A stretch of 64,000 bases of DNA from the human T2T-CHM13v2.0 reference genome, Homo sapiens: contig CP068257.2 of the NCBI GenBank assembly GCA_009914755.4, positions 13,152,001 through 13,216,000 on the forward strand. The letters are read 5' to 3'. A model generated the notes under the pieces. It was not told the origin of the DNA, ran no database searches, and was given only the letters and a program-made list of their open reading frames with translations. Of this stretch, positions 1 through 18,159 are shown piece after piece. The translations under genes and the position numbers were made by a program. How positions within the stretch are numbered: the stretch's first letter is position 1; the number at the start of each line of letters is the position of its first letter.

Positions 1-539
1 AAAGTGAGAGAGAAGTACGTGCCCAGTTTCCCCAACCTTGGGAATGCTGTCCACCAAAACACTGAGGGAAGTGGAACAACTGAATGGCCTGGGGGGAGTT
101 AGAAGGAGAGAGAAAGGGTAGGAAATCATAGCAAATGAAATGCTAATTTCAATAGCTAGCCACAGATCATGCTAACCCACATAAGGACACCACCAAGAGG
201 TCTGTTCATGAACCCCACACAACAATTAGCCTATGAACTTATCCAACAAGCCAACATATACATCCAGCACTCCTTGTGTACCCCTCTGGAAGATGTCATG
301 CAATACATCCCCATTCATGGTACCTGCATGTTCCCACATGTGTGATAGCATATGATCACAATAGCAAGTACAGATCTTAGTAGTTGGCTCAAGTGGTAGA
401 TTAGAAAATGGTGTACAACCTTGAACAGTTCAGTGCATGGGCCTAGGGAAAATAAATCAGAGACTCTCAGAACCAGGCCTGACTTTGCAAGATTGAGAGA
501 AGGTACATGACACAAAAATTTCCTCCACAAGAAGAATAA

Positions 540-1795
540 GAGAAGTGGAGCAGAAGTGGATGTATCTGCACAGAAGGTCTGAGAGATCCCAGAATCTTTT
601 ATCCATCTCCTAGCAAAGGTCTTTCACTCCAGAAACCATTCAGTAAAGACTGGAGGAGATTACTACTTCTTCCAATGTGAAGACAGTAATGCATGCCTTC
701 AAGAAACTAGAGGAAGCAAGGAAATTAAACACTACCCAAGGGAAAAAATGAAGTTTGAATGACTAGCTCCAAAGAAATGGAGATATATAAATTGCCTGAA
801 AAAGAAATCAAAGTAACTGTCAGTGAAGCTCAACAAGCTACAAAAGAACAAAGACAATAAACAATGTCAGGAAAACAATATATGAACAAAATGATAAGTT
901 CAACAGAAATAGTAATCATAAAAAAAGAATCAAATAGAAATTATGGAGCTGAAGAATCCAATGTCCAAAGTGAAAAATACAATAGAGAGCTTCAACAGAA
1001 GACTTGATCAAGCAAAAAAAAAAAAAAAAGAGTAAGCAAACTCAGAGACAGATCATTTGAAATTATCCAATCAGAGGAACAATAACATCAGAAAGAGTGA
1101 AGAAAGAAAACAGGGCTTAAGAGACACCATCTAGAAAATGAATATATGCATTATGAAGGCTACAGAAGGAGAAAGGCAGAGAAAACTTATTTTATGTTAA
1201 AAATAATTACGTAAAATTTCTCAAATCTGTATAGGGAAATGAGCTTTCAGATTCATAAAGACTAAAGAGTCTTAAATATGTTTAATATAAGGGGGTCTCC
1301 ATTGGGACACATTATAATCACATTGTAAAAAGTCAAAGACAGAGAATTTTGAAAACAATAAGAAAAAAGTGATTTTTCATATACAAGGCAACTACTATAA
1401 GTCTATAAGCATATTTCTTAGCAGAAACTTTACAGACCAGGAGAGAGTGAGATGATAAATATTTAAAGTGCTTAAAGAAAACAAAATCACTGAGAATACA
1501 ATGTCTAGAAGAAAGTCTTTACCTATCAATTATTACTTTAAATATGACTGGATTAAGTTCATGAATCAAATACCTATAGTGGCTGAATGGACTTTAATAA
1601 AACATGATCTAACTACATACCACTTCTAAGAAACTCCCCTTTAGCTTGAAGGACACACGTAAGCTGAAAATAAAGGACAAATGGGTTCTTTATTACAAAA
1701 TTAAATGGTAAAATTATAAATATCTTGAAAAAAACAAAAATGGAAATGCAACATAACAAAACTAATGAGATGCAGCAAAAGCAGCTCTAAAAGGG
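540..1795 (+). mobile_element. Ancient LINE-1 (L1M-like) fragment covering ORF1 C-terminal region through the ORF2 start, degenerate
   Basis: Translation-level similarity to L1 ORF1 and to the ORF1/ORF2 junction (THRLK..KGW-type motif region). Many stops; A-rich block at 1010-1030. Left boundary uncertain. Confidence 0.5.
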
Positions 1796-3750
1796 ATTTT
1801 TTTAAATTAATTTTTCTTTTTTCACTTTTGTGGGTCCATGTTAGGTGTATATATTTATGAGTCATGTTAGATATTTTGATACAGGTATGCAATGTGTAAC
1901 AATAACATTAGGGTAAATAGAGTATCCACCACCTCAAGCATTTATCCTTTGTGTTTCAAACAATTATATTATACACTTAGTTGTTTTTAAATAAACAATT
2001 AAATTATTTTGCTGTAGTCTTTCTGTTGTGCTAGGAAATACCAGTTCTTACTTATTCTTTCTAACTATTTTTGTACCTATTAACCATCCACCTTCCTCCA
2101 TACCATCCCCACTTCCAACTATCCTTCCCAGCCTCTGGTAACCATCTTTCTAGTCTCTAACTCCATGAGTTCAATTGTTTTAATTTTTAGCTCCCAGAAA
2201 TAAGTGAGAACATGCAATGTTTCTCTTTCTGTGTGTGGTTAATTTCATTTAACATAATGACCTCCAGTTCCATCCATAATAACATAATAATGTAATAACG
2301 CAATAATGCAAATGATTGGATGTCACTTTTAATGGCTGAATAATATTCCACTGTGTATGTGTACCACATTTTCTTTATCTGTTGATGGACACTTAGGCTG
2401 CTTCCAAATCTTGGCTGTTGTAAATAGTGCTTCAATAAACCTGGGAAGGTGGGTATCAGTTCAATATACTGTTTTTCTTTATTTTGGGAATAGACCTATG
2501 AGCAGAATTGCTAGTTCACATGGTAGCCCTATTTTTATTATTTTGAGGAACCCTCCATACTGTTCTCCATAGCGGTTGTACTAATTTACATTTCCACCAA
2601 CAATGTATGATGGTTCTTTTTTCTTCACATTCCTGTCAACATTAGTTATTGCCTGTCTTCTGGATATAAGCCATTTTAAGTGGGGTGAGAAGATATTGCA
2701 TTTTAGGTCTGATTTGCATTTCTCTTATGATCAGTGATTTTGAGCACCTTTTCTTTTACCTGTTTGCCATTTGTATGTCTTCTTTTGAGAAATGTCTATT
2801 CAAATTACTTGCCCATTTTTTAATCAGATTATTAAATTTTTTTCCCTATACAGTTGTTTGAGCTCCTTATAGATTCTGGTTATTAATCCCTTGTCAGATG
2901 GGTAGTTTATAAATATTTTCTCTAATTCTATGGGTTTTCTCTTCACTTTGCTGGTTATTTCCTTTGCTATGCAGAAGCGTTTTAGCTTGATATAATCGCA
3001 TTTGTCTATTTTTACTTTGCTTGCCTATGCCTGTGTGGTATTGCTCAAGATGTCTTTGTCCACTCCAATGTCTTGAAGAGTTTCCCCAGTGTTTTCTTGT
3101 AGTAGTTTCATAGTTCGTGGACTTAGATTAAGTGTTTAACTAATTTTGATTTGATTTTTCTATATGGCAAGAGATAGGGGTCTAGGTTTATTCTTCCACT
3201 ATGGATATTCAGTTTTCTCAGTACTATTTATTGAAGAGACTTCTTTTCCCAAAGTATGCTCCTGGAACATTTGTCAAAAAAGAGTTCAGGGTAGATGTAT
3301 GTATTTATTTCTGGGTTCTCCATTCTGTTCCATTGGTCAATGTGTCTCTTTTTATGCCAGTAGCATGCTGCTTTGGTTACTATAACTCTGTAGTATAACA
3401 TGGAGTCAGGTTATGTGATTCTTCCAGTTTTATTCTTTTTGCTCAGCATAGCTTTGGCTATTCTGGGTCTTTTGTGGCTCCATATACATTTTAGGATTGC
3501 TTTATCTATTTCTGTGAAGAAAATCCTTGGTATATTGACAGAAATTGCATTAAGTCTACAAATTGCTTTGTGTAGTATGGATACTTTAACAATACTAATT
3601 CATCCAATCCATGAACATGGAAGCTCTTTCCATTTTTCTTGTGTCCTATTTACTTTCTTGCATTAATATTTTAAACTTATTATCGTAGAGGTCTTTCGCT
3701 TCAGATAAATCCAACTTGGTTATGATTATGATCTTTTTAATGGATTATTG
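1796..3750 (-). mobile_element. LINE-1 3' portion (L1PB/L1MA-like), minus strand: 3' UTR and ORF2 C-terminal half
   Basis: Poly-T at 1793-1800 followed by the reverse complement of a typical older L1 3' end (tgtgggtccatgttaggtgtatatatttatgagtcatgttagatattttgatacaggtatgcaatgtgt). Reverse-complement translation of 3590-3640 gives EKWKELPCSWIG, which matches L1 ORF2 [15 protein letters not shown]. The plus-strand ORFs 2357-2572, 3164-3398 and 3400-3666 are antisense artifacts. Confidence 0.75.
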
Positions 3751-3891
3751 ATCATAAAGCTGTTAGAACTCACAAACAAGTTCAATAAAGTTGCAGGATA
3801 CAAAATCCACATACAAAATTCAGTTACATTTCTATACACTAACAACACACACTATACTTTAATAAATTAAGAATATAGTCCCATTTAAAAT
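3751..3891 (+). mobile_element. Old L1 ORF2 fragment (plus strand), upstream half of an L1M copy that is split by the L1PA insertion
   Basis: Sequence caaaattcagttacatttctatacactaacaa ... cccatttaaaatg corresponds to L1 ORF2 ..[16 protein letters not shown]. It is continued after the L1PA insert at about 9546. Confidence 0.5.
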
Positions 3892-4363
3892 GGGGGCAGG
3901 GAATAGCCAAACAAAAGGCAGCAGAAAACTCTGCAGACTTAAATGTCCCTGTCTGCCAGCTTTGAAGAGAGTAGTGGTTCTCCTAGCATGCAGCTGGAGA
4001 TCTGAGAACGGACAGACTGCTTCCTCAAGTGAGTCCCTGACCCTCGAGTAGCCTAACTGGGAGGCACCCCTCAGTGGGGGCAGACTGACACTCACATGGC
4101 TGGGTACTCCTCTGAGACAAAACTTTCAGAGGAATGATCAGGCAGCAACATTTGCTGTTCACCAATATCTGCTGATCTGCAGCCTCCACTGCTGATACCC
4201 AGGCAAACAGGGTCTGGAGTAGACCTCCAGCAAACTCCAACAGACCTGCAGCTGAGGGTCCTGCCTGTTAGAAGGAAAACTAATGAACAGAAAGGACATC
4301 CACACCAAAACCCCATCTGCACATCACCATCTTCAAAGACCAAAGGTAGATAAAACCACAAAG

Positions 4364-5378
4364 ATGGGGGAAAGACAGAGCAGAAAAATTGGAAACTCTA
4401 AAAATCAGAGCACCTCTCCTCCTCCAAAGGAATGCAGCTCCTCACCAGCAATGGAACAAAACTGGATGGAGAATGACTTTGACGAGTTGAGAGAAGAAGG
4501 CTTCAGACGACCAAACCACTCTGAGCTAAAGGAGGAAGTTCGAACCCATGGCAAAGAAGTTAAAAACTTTGAAAAAAAATTAGAAGAATAGCTAACTAGA
4601 ATAACCAATGCAGAGAAGTCCTTAAAGGACCTGATGGAGCTGAAAACCATGGCATGAGAAATATGTGACAAATGCACATGCCTCAGTAGATGATTCAATC
4701 AACTGGAGGAAAGGGTATCAGTGATGGAAGATCAAATGAATGAAATGAAGCGAGAAGAGAAGTTTAGAGAAAAAAGAATAAAAAGAAATGAACAAAGCCT
4801 CCAAGAAATATGGGACTATGTGAAAAGACCAAATCTACATCTGAATAGTGTACCTGAAAGTGACAAGGAGAATGGAACCAAGTTGGAAAACACTCTGCAG
4901 GATATTATGCAGGAGCACTTTCCCAATCTAGCAAGGCAAGCCAGCATTCAAATTCAGGAAATACAGAGAATGCCACAAAGATACTCCTTGAGAAGAGCAA
5001 CTCCAAGACACAATTGTCAGATTCACCAAAGTTCAAATGAGGGAAAAAATGTTAGGGGCAGCCAGAGAGAAAGGTCGGGTTAGCCACAAAGGGAAGCCCA
5101 TCAGACTAACAGCTGATCTCTCAGCAGAAACTCTACAAGCCAGAAGAGAATGGGGGCCAATATTCAACATTCTTAAAGGAAAGAATTTACAACCGAGAAT
5201 TTCATATCCAGCCAAACTAAGCTTCATAAATGAAGGAGAAATAAAATCCTTTACAGACAAGCAAATGCTGACAGATTTTGTCACCACCAGGCCTGCCCTA
5301 AAAGAGCTCCTGAAGGAAGCGCTAAACATGGAAAGGAACAACCAGTACCAGCCACTGCAAAAACATGACAAATTGTAA
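4364..5378 (+). pseudogene. L1 ORF1 (nucleic-acid chaperone) pseudogene
   Basis: Starts MGERQSRKIGNSKNQSTSPPPKECSSSPAMEQNWMENDFDELREEGFRR like L1 ORF1p. Premature TAG at 4589-4591 and further stops and a frame change before the native TAA at 5376-5378. The ORF track fragments 4283-4591, 4721-5083 and 5037-5378 reflect this. Confidence 0.85.
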
Positions 5379-5441
5379 AGGCCATCGAGTCTACGAAGGA
5401 GCTGCATCAACTAACGAGAAAAATAACCAGCTAACATCATA

Positions 5442-9276
<3,835 letters not shown>

Positions 9277-9545
9277 ACAATGAGAACACATGGACACAGG
9301 AAGGGGAACATCACACACCGGGGACTGTTGTGGGGTGGGAGGAGGGGGGAGGGATAGCATTAGGAGATATACCTAATGTTAAATGAAGAGCTAATGGGTG
9401 CAGCACTCCAATATGGCACATGTATACATATGTAACAAACCTGCATGTTGTGCACATGTACTCTAAAACTTAAAGTATAATTAAAAAAAAGAAAGAAAAT
9501 ACAACTGTAAGAAAGACCATAACAAAATAAAAAAATAAAATAAAA

Positions 9546-10383
9546 AATAAAATGCATTGAAAAGAAAAAAAGCTTACGTATAAATTTAACTAAGAAGGTG
9601 AATGATCTGTATACTAAAACTACAAAACAATAATAAAAAATTACATTGGACACAGTAAGTGGAAAGATGTTCCATGTTCACAGATTAGAAGAATTAATAT
9701 TGTTAAAATGTCCATACTACCCAAAGCAATCTACAGATTAAATGTAATCCTTATCAAAAATTCCAAGGGTATTTTTCATAGAAAAAAAAATCCTAAAATT
9801 AATATGTAACTACAAAAGACCCTTAACACCCAAATGAATCTTGAGCAAGTGTACAAGAAAGCTGAAGACATCACACTTCCTGATTTCAAATTATGTTACT
9901 AACCTCTAGTAATCAAAATAGTATGGTACTGGCATAAAAGAGACATAGACCAATGGAACAGAATACATAACCCAGATATAAACCCATGCATATATGGTCA
10001 ATTAATTTTCAACAAGGGATCCAAAGATATACAATGAGGAAAGGACAGTTTCTTCAATAAATGGTGTTGGAAAAACTAGATATCCGTATGCAAAATAATA
10101 TAATTGGGTGTTGTTTTACACCATACAGGAGAACCAACTCAAAACGGATTAATGACTTAAATGTAAGACCTGAAACAATAAAACTCCTGGAAGAAAACAG
10201 AAAAAAAGCTCACTGACATTGATCTTGGCAATAATATTTTGGATATCACACTAAAATCTCAGGCAACAAAAGCAATAATATATAAGTGGGAGTTATGTAA
10301 AACTAAAAAGCTTCTACATAGCAAAGGAAACAATCAACAAAACAAAAAGGCAACTGCTATGCTTTTAATGTGTTTCCCAAATT
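9546..10383 (+). mobile_element. Old L1M ORF2 region resuming after the L1PA insertion (..KDLYTKT.., NKWKDVPCS.., PDFKLCY..)
   Basis: Translation similarity to L1 ORF2 from the [12 protein letters not shown] region through ..KRQPTEWEK. Heavily mutated. Confidence 0.6.
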
Positions 10384-10796
10384 TTATAAGCAAGAAACTT
10401 AATCCACGATATGGCAGTATTGAAAAGTGGGGCCTGTAAAAGTTAACAGGATTATGAGGGCTCATAAATGAATTAATCCATTTATGGATTAGTGGTTTAA
10501 TAGATTAATCGGTTATGGGAATGGAACTGGTGATTTTATAAGAGAAGGAGAGAGCTAAGCAAGTATGATCCGTCCCCTCACTACCATGTGATGCCTTTCA
10601 CTGCCTCAGGACTCTGCAGAGAGTCCCCACCAGCAAGACGTTCTCACCAGATATACCTCTCTACCTTGTACATCTCAGCCTCCATAACCCTAAGAAATAA
10701 ATTTCTTTTCTTAATAGATCAGACAGTTTCAGGTATTCTGTTATAAGCAACAGAAAATAGCAACCTATGAAATGGGCTAATATCCAAAATATACAA
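10384..10796 (+). mobile_element. MLT1-type (ERVL-MaLR) solo LTR inserted into the L1M ORF2 sequence, 5-bp TSD CTATG
   Basis: Contains MLT1 hallmark 3' region ccatgtgatgcctttcactgcctcagg...cataaccctaagaaataaatttcttttcttaatagatcagacagtttcaggtattctgttataagcaacagaaaatagcaac. Flanked by ctatg at about 10379-10383 and about 10797-10801, interrupting L1 codons ..[13 protein letters not shown]... Confidence 0.6.
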
Positions 10797-11030
10797 GGAT
10801 CTCATACAACTCAACAGCAAAACAAAACACAAAAACAAAGAAAAAGAAAACTAAAAAAAAAAAACTAATTACAAAATGGGTGAAGGAAATGAATAGACAT
10901 TTCTCCAAAGAAGATATACAAACAGCTGACAAATTTGTGAAAAGGTGCTCAACATTACTAGTCATTAGGGAAATTCAAATCAAAACCACAATGAATTAGC
11001 ACCACAGCTATTAGGATGGCTATCCTAAAA
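10797..11030 (+). mobile_element. Old L1M ORF2 C-terminal fragment (..[41 protein letters not shown]..)
   Basis: Translation similarity to the L1 ORF2 segment [42 protein letters not shown]. Confidence 0.55.
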
Positions 11031-11180
11031 TGTTTTTGTCATCCACAGACAATTGTTATCTTGTTTTAGTCCTCTTTAAAAGATGTTTTTATAACCAGCT
11101 ACAAAATTTAACAGGTGTTCTTAAATGCAGGATTGTGATTAATAACTCTGGAGATTGTGACATTAGAATAGACGAAAAAC

Positions 11181-11535
<355 letters not shown>

Positions 11536-13229
11536 TTATGGGAAACTTCTATAATTCTGACATGATTTAGTGTACATTACTAATAATTAGCATTGTCATG
11601 TAAAATTGTTGTATGCCACAGAAGTAACCAAAATTCCTAGTCAGTTGTAGCTTTAATAGTGGCTATCCTAATTATTTTGTCATCCACAAACATTTTGTCT
11701 TGCTTAGCTCCTTTTCAAAAGGCAGTTTATAATCAGATATAGGACTCTGAGTGCAGGTCCCTGATACTTTAAAAATTGTGATATTCAAATAGAGGAAAAA
11801 CAAACAAACTTCTAGGATTCTCACAGAAAACTAATGTGTTAAACACCGCTAAACCTCTTGTTTTCAAAGTCAAGATAACCTATTTTTTTAGAGCTATTGG
11901 CAACTTTTAACAAGTGAGTAAAATAATATACTCCTGTGAACAAAATGTATAGCATATATGTTTCTCTCTACCTGATTTCTCCAGAATTTGGGAACTATGT
12001 CTGAGTATTCTCAATTTACAGTAGTATAGTTAATTGTGTAAGTGCAATAAGAATCTGTTTTCTTTTGTAATAGGACCCAATTGGAGAAATTGGTCATTTT
12101 ACCAAGACTGACTGGAATGGCATGCTCCCTTTAAAGAATCAAAGATCAAACTTGACTTATAGAGCCAATTAAAGCCCGTTCGGGAATCTGGCCTCATACT
12201 TTGTGCACAGAGTCCCTGTACAAGGTTTCTGACCTGTGCTAAGTAAAGAATGTCACTTTCTAACAGGCCCGGAAACCCCTAGTTATCTTGGACCTCAAGA
12301 GAAGAGGAATTTGCTCAACTCAAAGATATTTGAGGGTACAGACCCATGGCTGGACTTGGCTTTTAAAAATTCTTATCTGAGATGTTTCATAGAATAGAGT
12401 TCCATCAAAGCCAATTAAAGCCTACATGAAAAATAATTATTCTTGCTGCACTTTATGCAAATAATCAGGCCAAGTACAGTAAGACTAAAGTTTTATTTTG
12501 TAAACTGTAAATCAGTTCGATCATTATTTGTTTTTTTTTAAAAAATGGAGACTGGAGAGAGAAAAATTATGCCTCAAAAGAAAAACTATAGTACACTGTT
12601 GTTAGCTGTTCTTGAAGTTTTTTCCTGCCATTTAGACTAAATTCTAAATTCTTTGTAGGCTAGAAGTCTCCAAACTAATGCTTTCAAATCTTTGCTTTTA
12701 AAATTGGGAATTGTACTCCTCATCCTAGGACTCATTATTTACCTTATAGTATACAGTTCACTTAAATACTGTCCTAAAACTGTAGATGGAAGTAATAATG
12801 TTTTTACCATGCTAGCCTTGAAAGCCCAGCCATGCCTGCATGAGTATGCTCAGGCAATTGCAAAGTAGTTCCATTCTTCTCACCTTGTGGCCAGAGCGAT
12901 TGATGGCCTTTTCCCATCTTCATAGCATACACCTTAAGATTAAATTGTTATACAACCCAAAGGGAGGGATTGAAACCATAATTTTGCAAAATTATGACTG
13001 AAACAGTGAAACAGAGCTAACTTAACCAACTCCATCTTGCTTCTAATCTCCAAGCTGTCTTGTTCATTCCTGGGCATAGGCTGAACTAAGTTTGGGAGAA
13101 AGTTTATAGTTTAAACAAAGAGAGTAACAACGCTTTCCCAAAGCACACCTCCTTCCTGCCTGGGGACTAGATAGCCTTTGTAGGACTAACATTAGTGACA
13201 GTATTAGAAATTATGGTTTAGGAGTCATG

Positions 13230-13556
13230 CAGCTGGAATCTACAAGATTCTGACCGTCCCTATACTGCTCCTAAGACCAATGCTTGAGATATTTTGTAGA
13301 CCCTGCATGTGATAGATCAGCTGGCACCACCCAGATCAATAAACTAACTCATCTAATCTTGTGGCCCCCACCCAGGAACTGACTCAGTGCAAGAAGACTG
13401 CTTCTACTCCCTATGATTTCATCTCTGACCAATCAGCACCCTGGCTCACCAGCTTCCCCTCACCCACCAAGTTATCCTTAAAAACTCTGCTCCCCTAATG
13501 ATTGGGGAGACTAATTTGAGTAATAATAAAACTCCAGTCTCCCACATTAAAAAAAA
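13230..13556. repeat. Unclassified LTR-like segment (possible ERV LTR 3' portion)
   Basis: gaccaatcagcaccctg box, then ccttaaaaactctgctcc and aataaaactccagtctcccaca (promoter and poly-A-signal-like arrangement ending in CA) directly abutting an L1M fragment. Family not recognised. Confidence 0.25.
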
Positions 13557-13574
13557 AATCCAATGTCTTTTTTC

Positions 13575-15585
<2,011 letters not shown>

Positions 15586-15938
15586 AGTCCCCCATTATCA
15601 GCAGGAGATACATACCAAGACCTCCTGTGGCTATCTGAAACCCCAGATAGTACCAAATCCTGTATATACTATGTGTTCTTCCATCTGATAACTGATAACA
15701 GCAACTAAGTGACTAACAGGTGGGTAGATATATAGTGTGAATATGCTGGACAAAGGGATGATTTACATACTGGGCAGTAAGAGCTGGACAATGTGAGATT
15801 TCATCACGCCACCTAGAATGGTGCACAATTTAAAATTAATTATCAATGTCTGGAATTTTCCATTTAATATTTCCAGATCATGGTTGACCACAGGTAACTG
15901 AAACCACAGAAAGTGGAATCATGGATAAGGTTGTACTA
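15586..15938. mobile_element. Tigger/TcMar-like non-autonomous DNA transposon (MER-type) with degenerate terminal inverted repeats
   Basis: Starts cagtagtcccccattatcagcagg and ends ...ggttgaccacaggtaactgaaaccacagaaagtggaatcatggataagg. These resemble the cagtagtccccccttatccgcgg.../...ccgcggataaggggggactactg termini of Tigger-family MITEs. Family assignment from memory. Confidence 0.45.
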
Positions 15939-16059
15939 GTGTAATAAGAGGTCTAAATCATAACCAATAGTCATGTTAAACGGAATCATAATGAAAATTC
16001 AAAAGCAGGCAGAAAAGAAAAAAAAAACAGGTGGAACAAATAGAAAACAACTAGCAGGC

Positions 16060-16930
16060 TGGGCAGATTATAACCAGACCTCATAAAAGTGGTTACATTA
16101 AAGGTAAATGGTCTAAAAATACTAAGTAAAATACAGAGATGGTCAAATTAAATAATAAAACAAGAGCCAAATATATGCTGTATACCACAAACTCTATATA
16201 TAAAAACATGGAAAGGTTAAAAGAAAACTGATGTAGAAAATACACCATGCAAGCCCACCTCCAAAGAAAGCTGGAGGGGTTATATTAATATCAAAGTAGC
16301 CTTCAAAAACAGAAATATTATTTGGAATGAAGAGAAAATTAATAATGGTAAAGGATAACCAAGATGACATAAAAATCCTAGATGTGTACCTAGGAAAAGA
16401 GTTCCAAAAAACAAGAAGCAGAAACTGATACAACTAAAAGGAAAAATACGCAAGTCCACAACTATTGATTAAAATTTCAACACAACCTTTTCAGTAATTG
16501 AATGAACAAATATACAGAAAATCATTACGTGTCAAGACTTCAATAACAATATCATCTGACTTAACCAACGAGCAGCCGATTAAACATTCTTCTCAAGTAG
16601 ACATTCAGCAAGATAGACAACAGTTGTGCCATGAAACAAACCTCAACCAATTAAAAAGAAATGATATCATACCAGGTGTTTTCTCTGACTATAATAAAAT
16701 TAAATTATACATCTATAACGGATATCTGTAAAACCACAAATATTCGGAGATTAAAAAATATACTTCTAAATATCCCATGCCAAGAGCAAGTTAAAAATAA
16801 AATTAGAACATGTTTTAAGTTGAATAAAAATTAAAACCCAATGTATTAAAATGTATAAGGTTCTAAAGAAATGCTTGAAGTGCAATGGATGGTGCAAAAC
16901 ACTTCCATTAGAAAAAAGAAACAGGTTTCA
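16060..16930 (+). mobile_element. Ancient L1 (L1M-like) ORF2 N-terminal (endonuclease) fragment
   Basis: Translation similarity to ..LNVNGLNSPIKRHRL..W..KQDP.ICCLQETH..KGWKKIYHAN..KAGVAILISDK... Multiple stops. Confidence 0.55.
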
Positions 16931-18132
16931 TTCAGTTGTCTAAGAACAATGACCCTAACACCTGTTCCCTTTTCCTTTCCATCAGAGTTAATTATCTGTA
17001 AGGAAGATATACACATCTAAAGACAGATTTTCCAAACACATGCATGTGCATTTTGAAGCCAGACATTATAATCAATTAAGATTCATTCCTAGAACATCTG
17101 GTCACCAGTCAGGCATTCAATTTAGGAACTATCACTTTAAGCATTAAATGCAACTACTTTCAATAACATTTTGTCTTCTTCCTTTGAAAGTAAAAATATC
17201 TGCTTCAAAACTATAGTTTTGTAATTCAAAGGAAAGTTTACCATATTGTTTACTACTTATTTTCTTAAAGCTGGAAACAGACAAAATACACCACTGGAAA
17301 GCATAATTAATATGTGTATCATAACATCTAAAGCTACAGTTATAAATAATGTGTCTTGAGCTTAAAGTGACCAACCATCACAGATTGCCCAAACTATAGG
17401 GATTCCAGAGACATGGGATTTTCAATGCTGAAACTGGGCAATTCCTGAGCAAAGTATGACAAGTTGGTGACCCTAGGCATACATGTCTAATGAATCATAC
17501 AGATCTATTTTAATTGAACAATTATAAAAATAAATTGTTAATAGCAAGTATCTTAAAACAAAATAATTCAATGTTTGTCTTAAAACATGTTAACTTGATT
17601 TGTTACTTATTTTCATGGGATCTACGTTTGTGTTGTTAAATCCACAGGTTGTGTCTTCATGGCCCCAGTCACAGGCCCACTGATGCTTCCTAGCCTGGCT
17701 CTGTGCATGTTTTCAGTTTGTTCTCTCTTTCTTCATAACTACCACAACTTCCTCTAGTTCTCAGTATTACTAAGATTGTTGGTGCAAATATACTTGAGAT
17801 CCCCAGTTCAACTTGCCCCTATTTTCCCAAATGTGTAGCAAACTAACTAGGCTAGACCTGCCGCTGACTAGCCTTTCTTTTTCTCTCGTTTTTAGATGGT
17901 TCTCAATGGATGTGTCAGTGTCTGTGTGTGTTAGCATGTAAGAATGTGTGAAAGTATGTTTTGGGGGAGTACCACAACCACTAAAAGCACTTTTACAAAT
18001 AACACAGATTTCCACCCTCAAAAGATTCTAGACTGTTTCCTAGAGAACGGGAGTGGGAAGTAGCAAAGAGTAGTTTGAATATGTCTCACGAATAATTCTG
18101 ATATGTATATCCCAACTCTCCAAGCTCTGCCA

Positions 18133-18159
18133 ACACACACACACAAACACACACACACA
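18133..18159. repeat. (CA)n microsatellite, interrupted
   Basis: acacacacacacaaacacacacacacaa seen directly. Confidence 0.8.

Noticed and set aside
2357-3666. Plus-strand ORFs 2357-2572, 3164-3385, 3201-3398, 3400-3666
   Set aside because: They lie antisense to a minus-strand L1 ORF2/3' UTR. The reverse complement translates to L1 ORF2 motifs (NKWK.IPCSW), so these are chance antisense frames.
4025-4240. 71-aa antisense ORF in the L1PA 5' UTR, the same length as the reported primate L1 ORF0
   Set aside because: This element is 5'-truncated and retains only the 3' portion of the 5' UTR. As far as I recall, ORF0 lies in the upstream part that is missing here. I cannot match the peptide to ORF0 from memory, so this is treated as coincidence.
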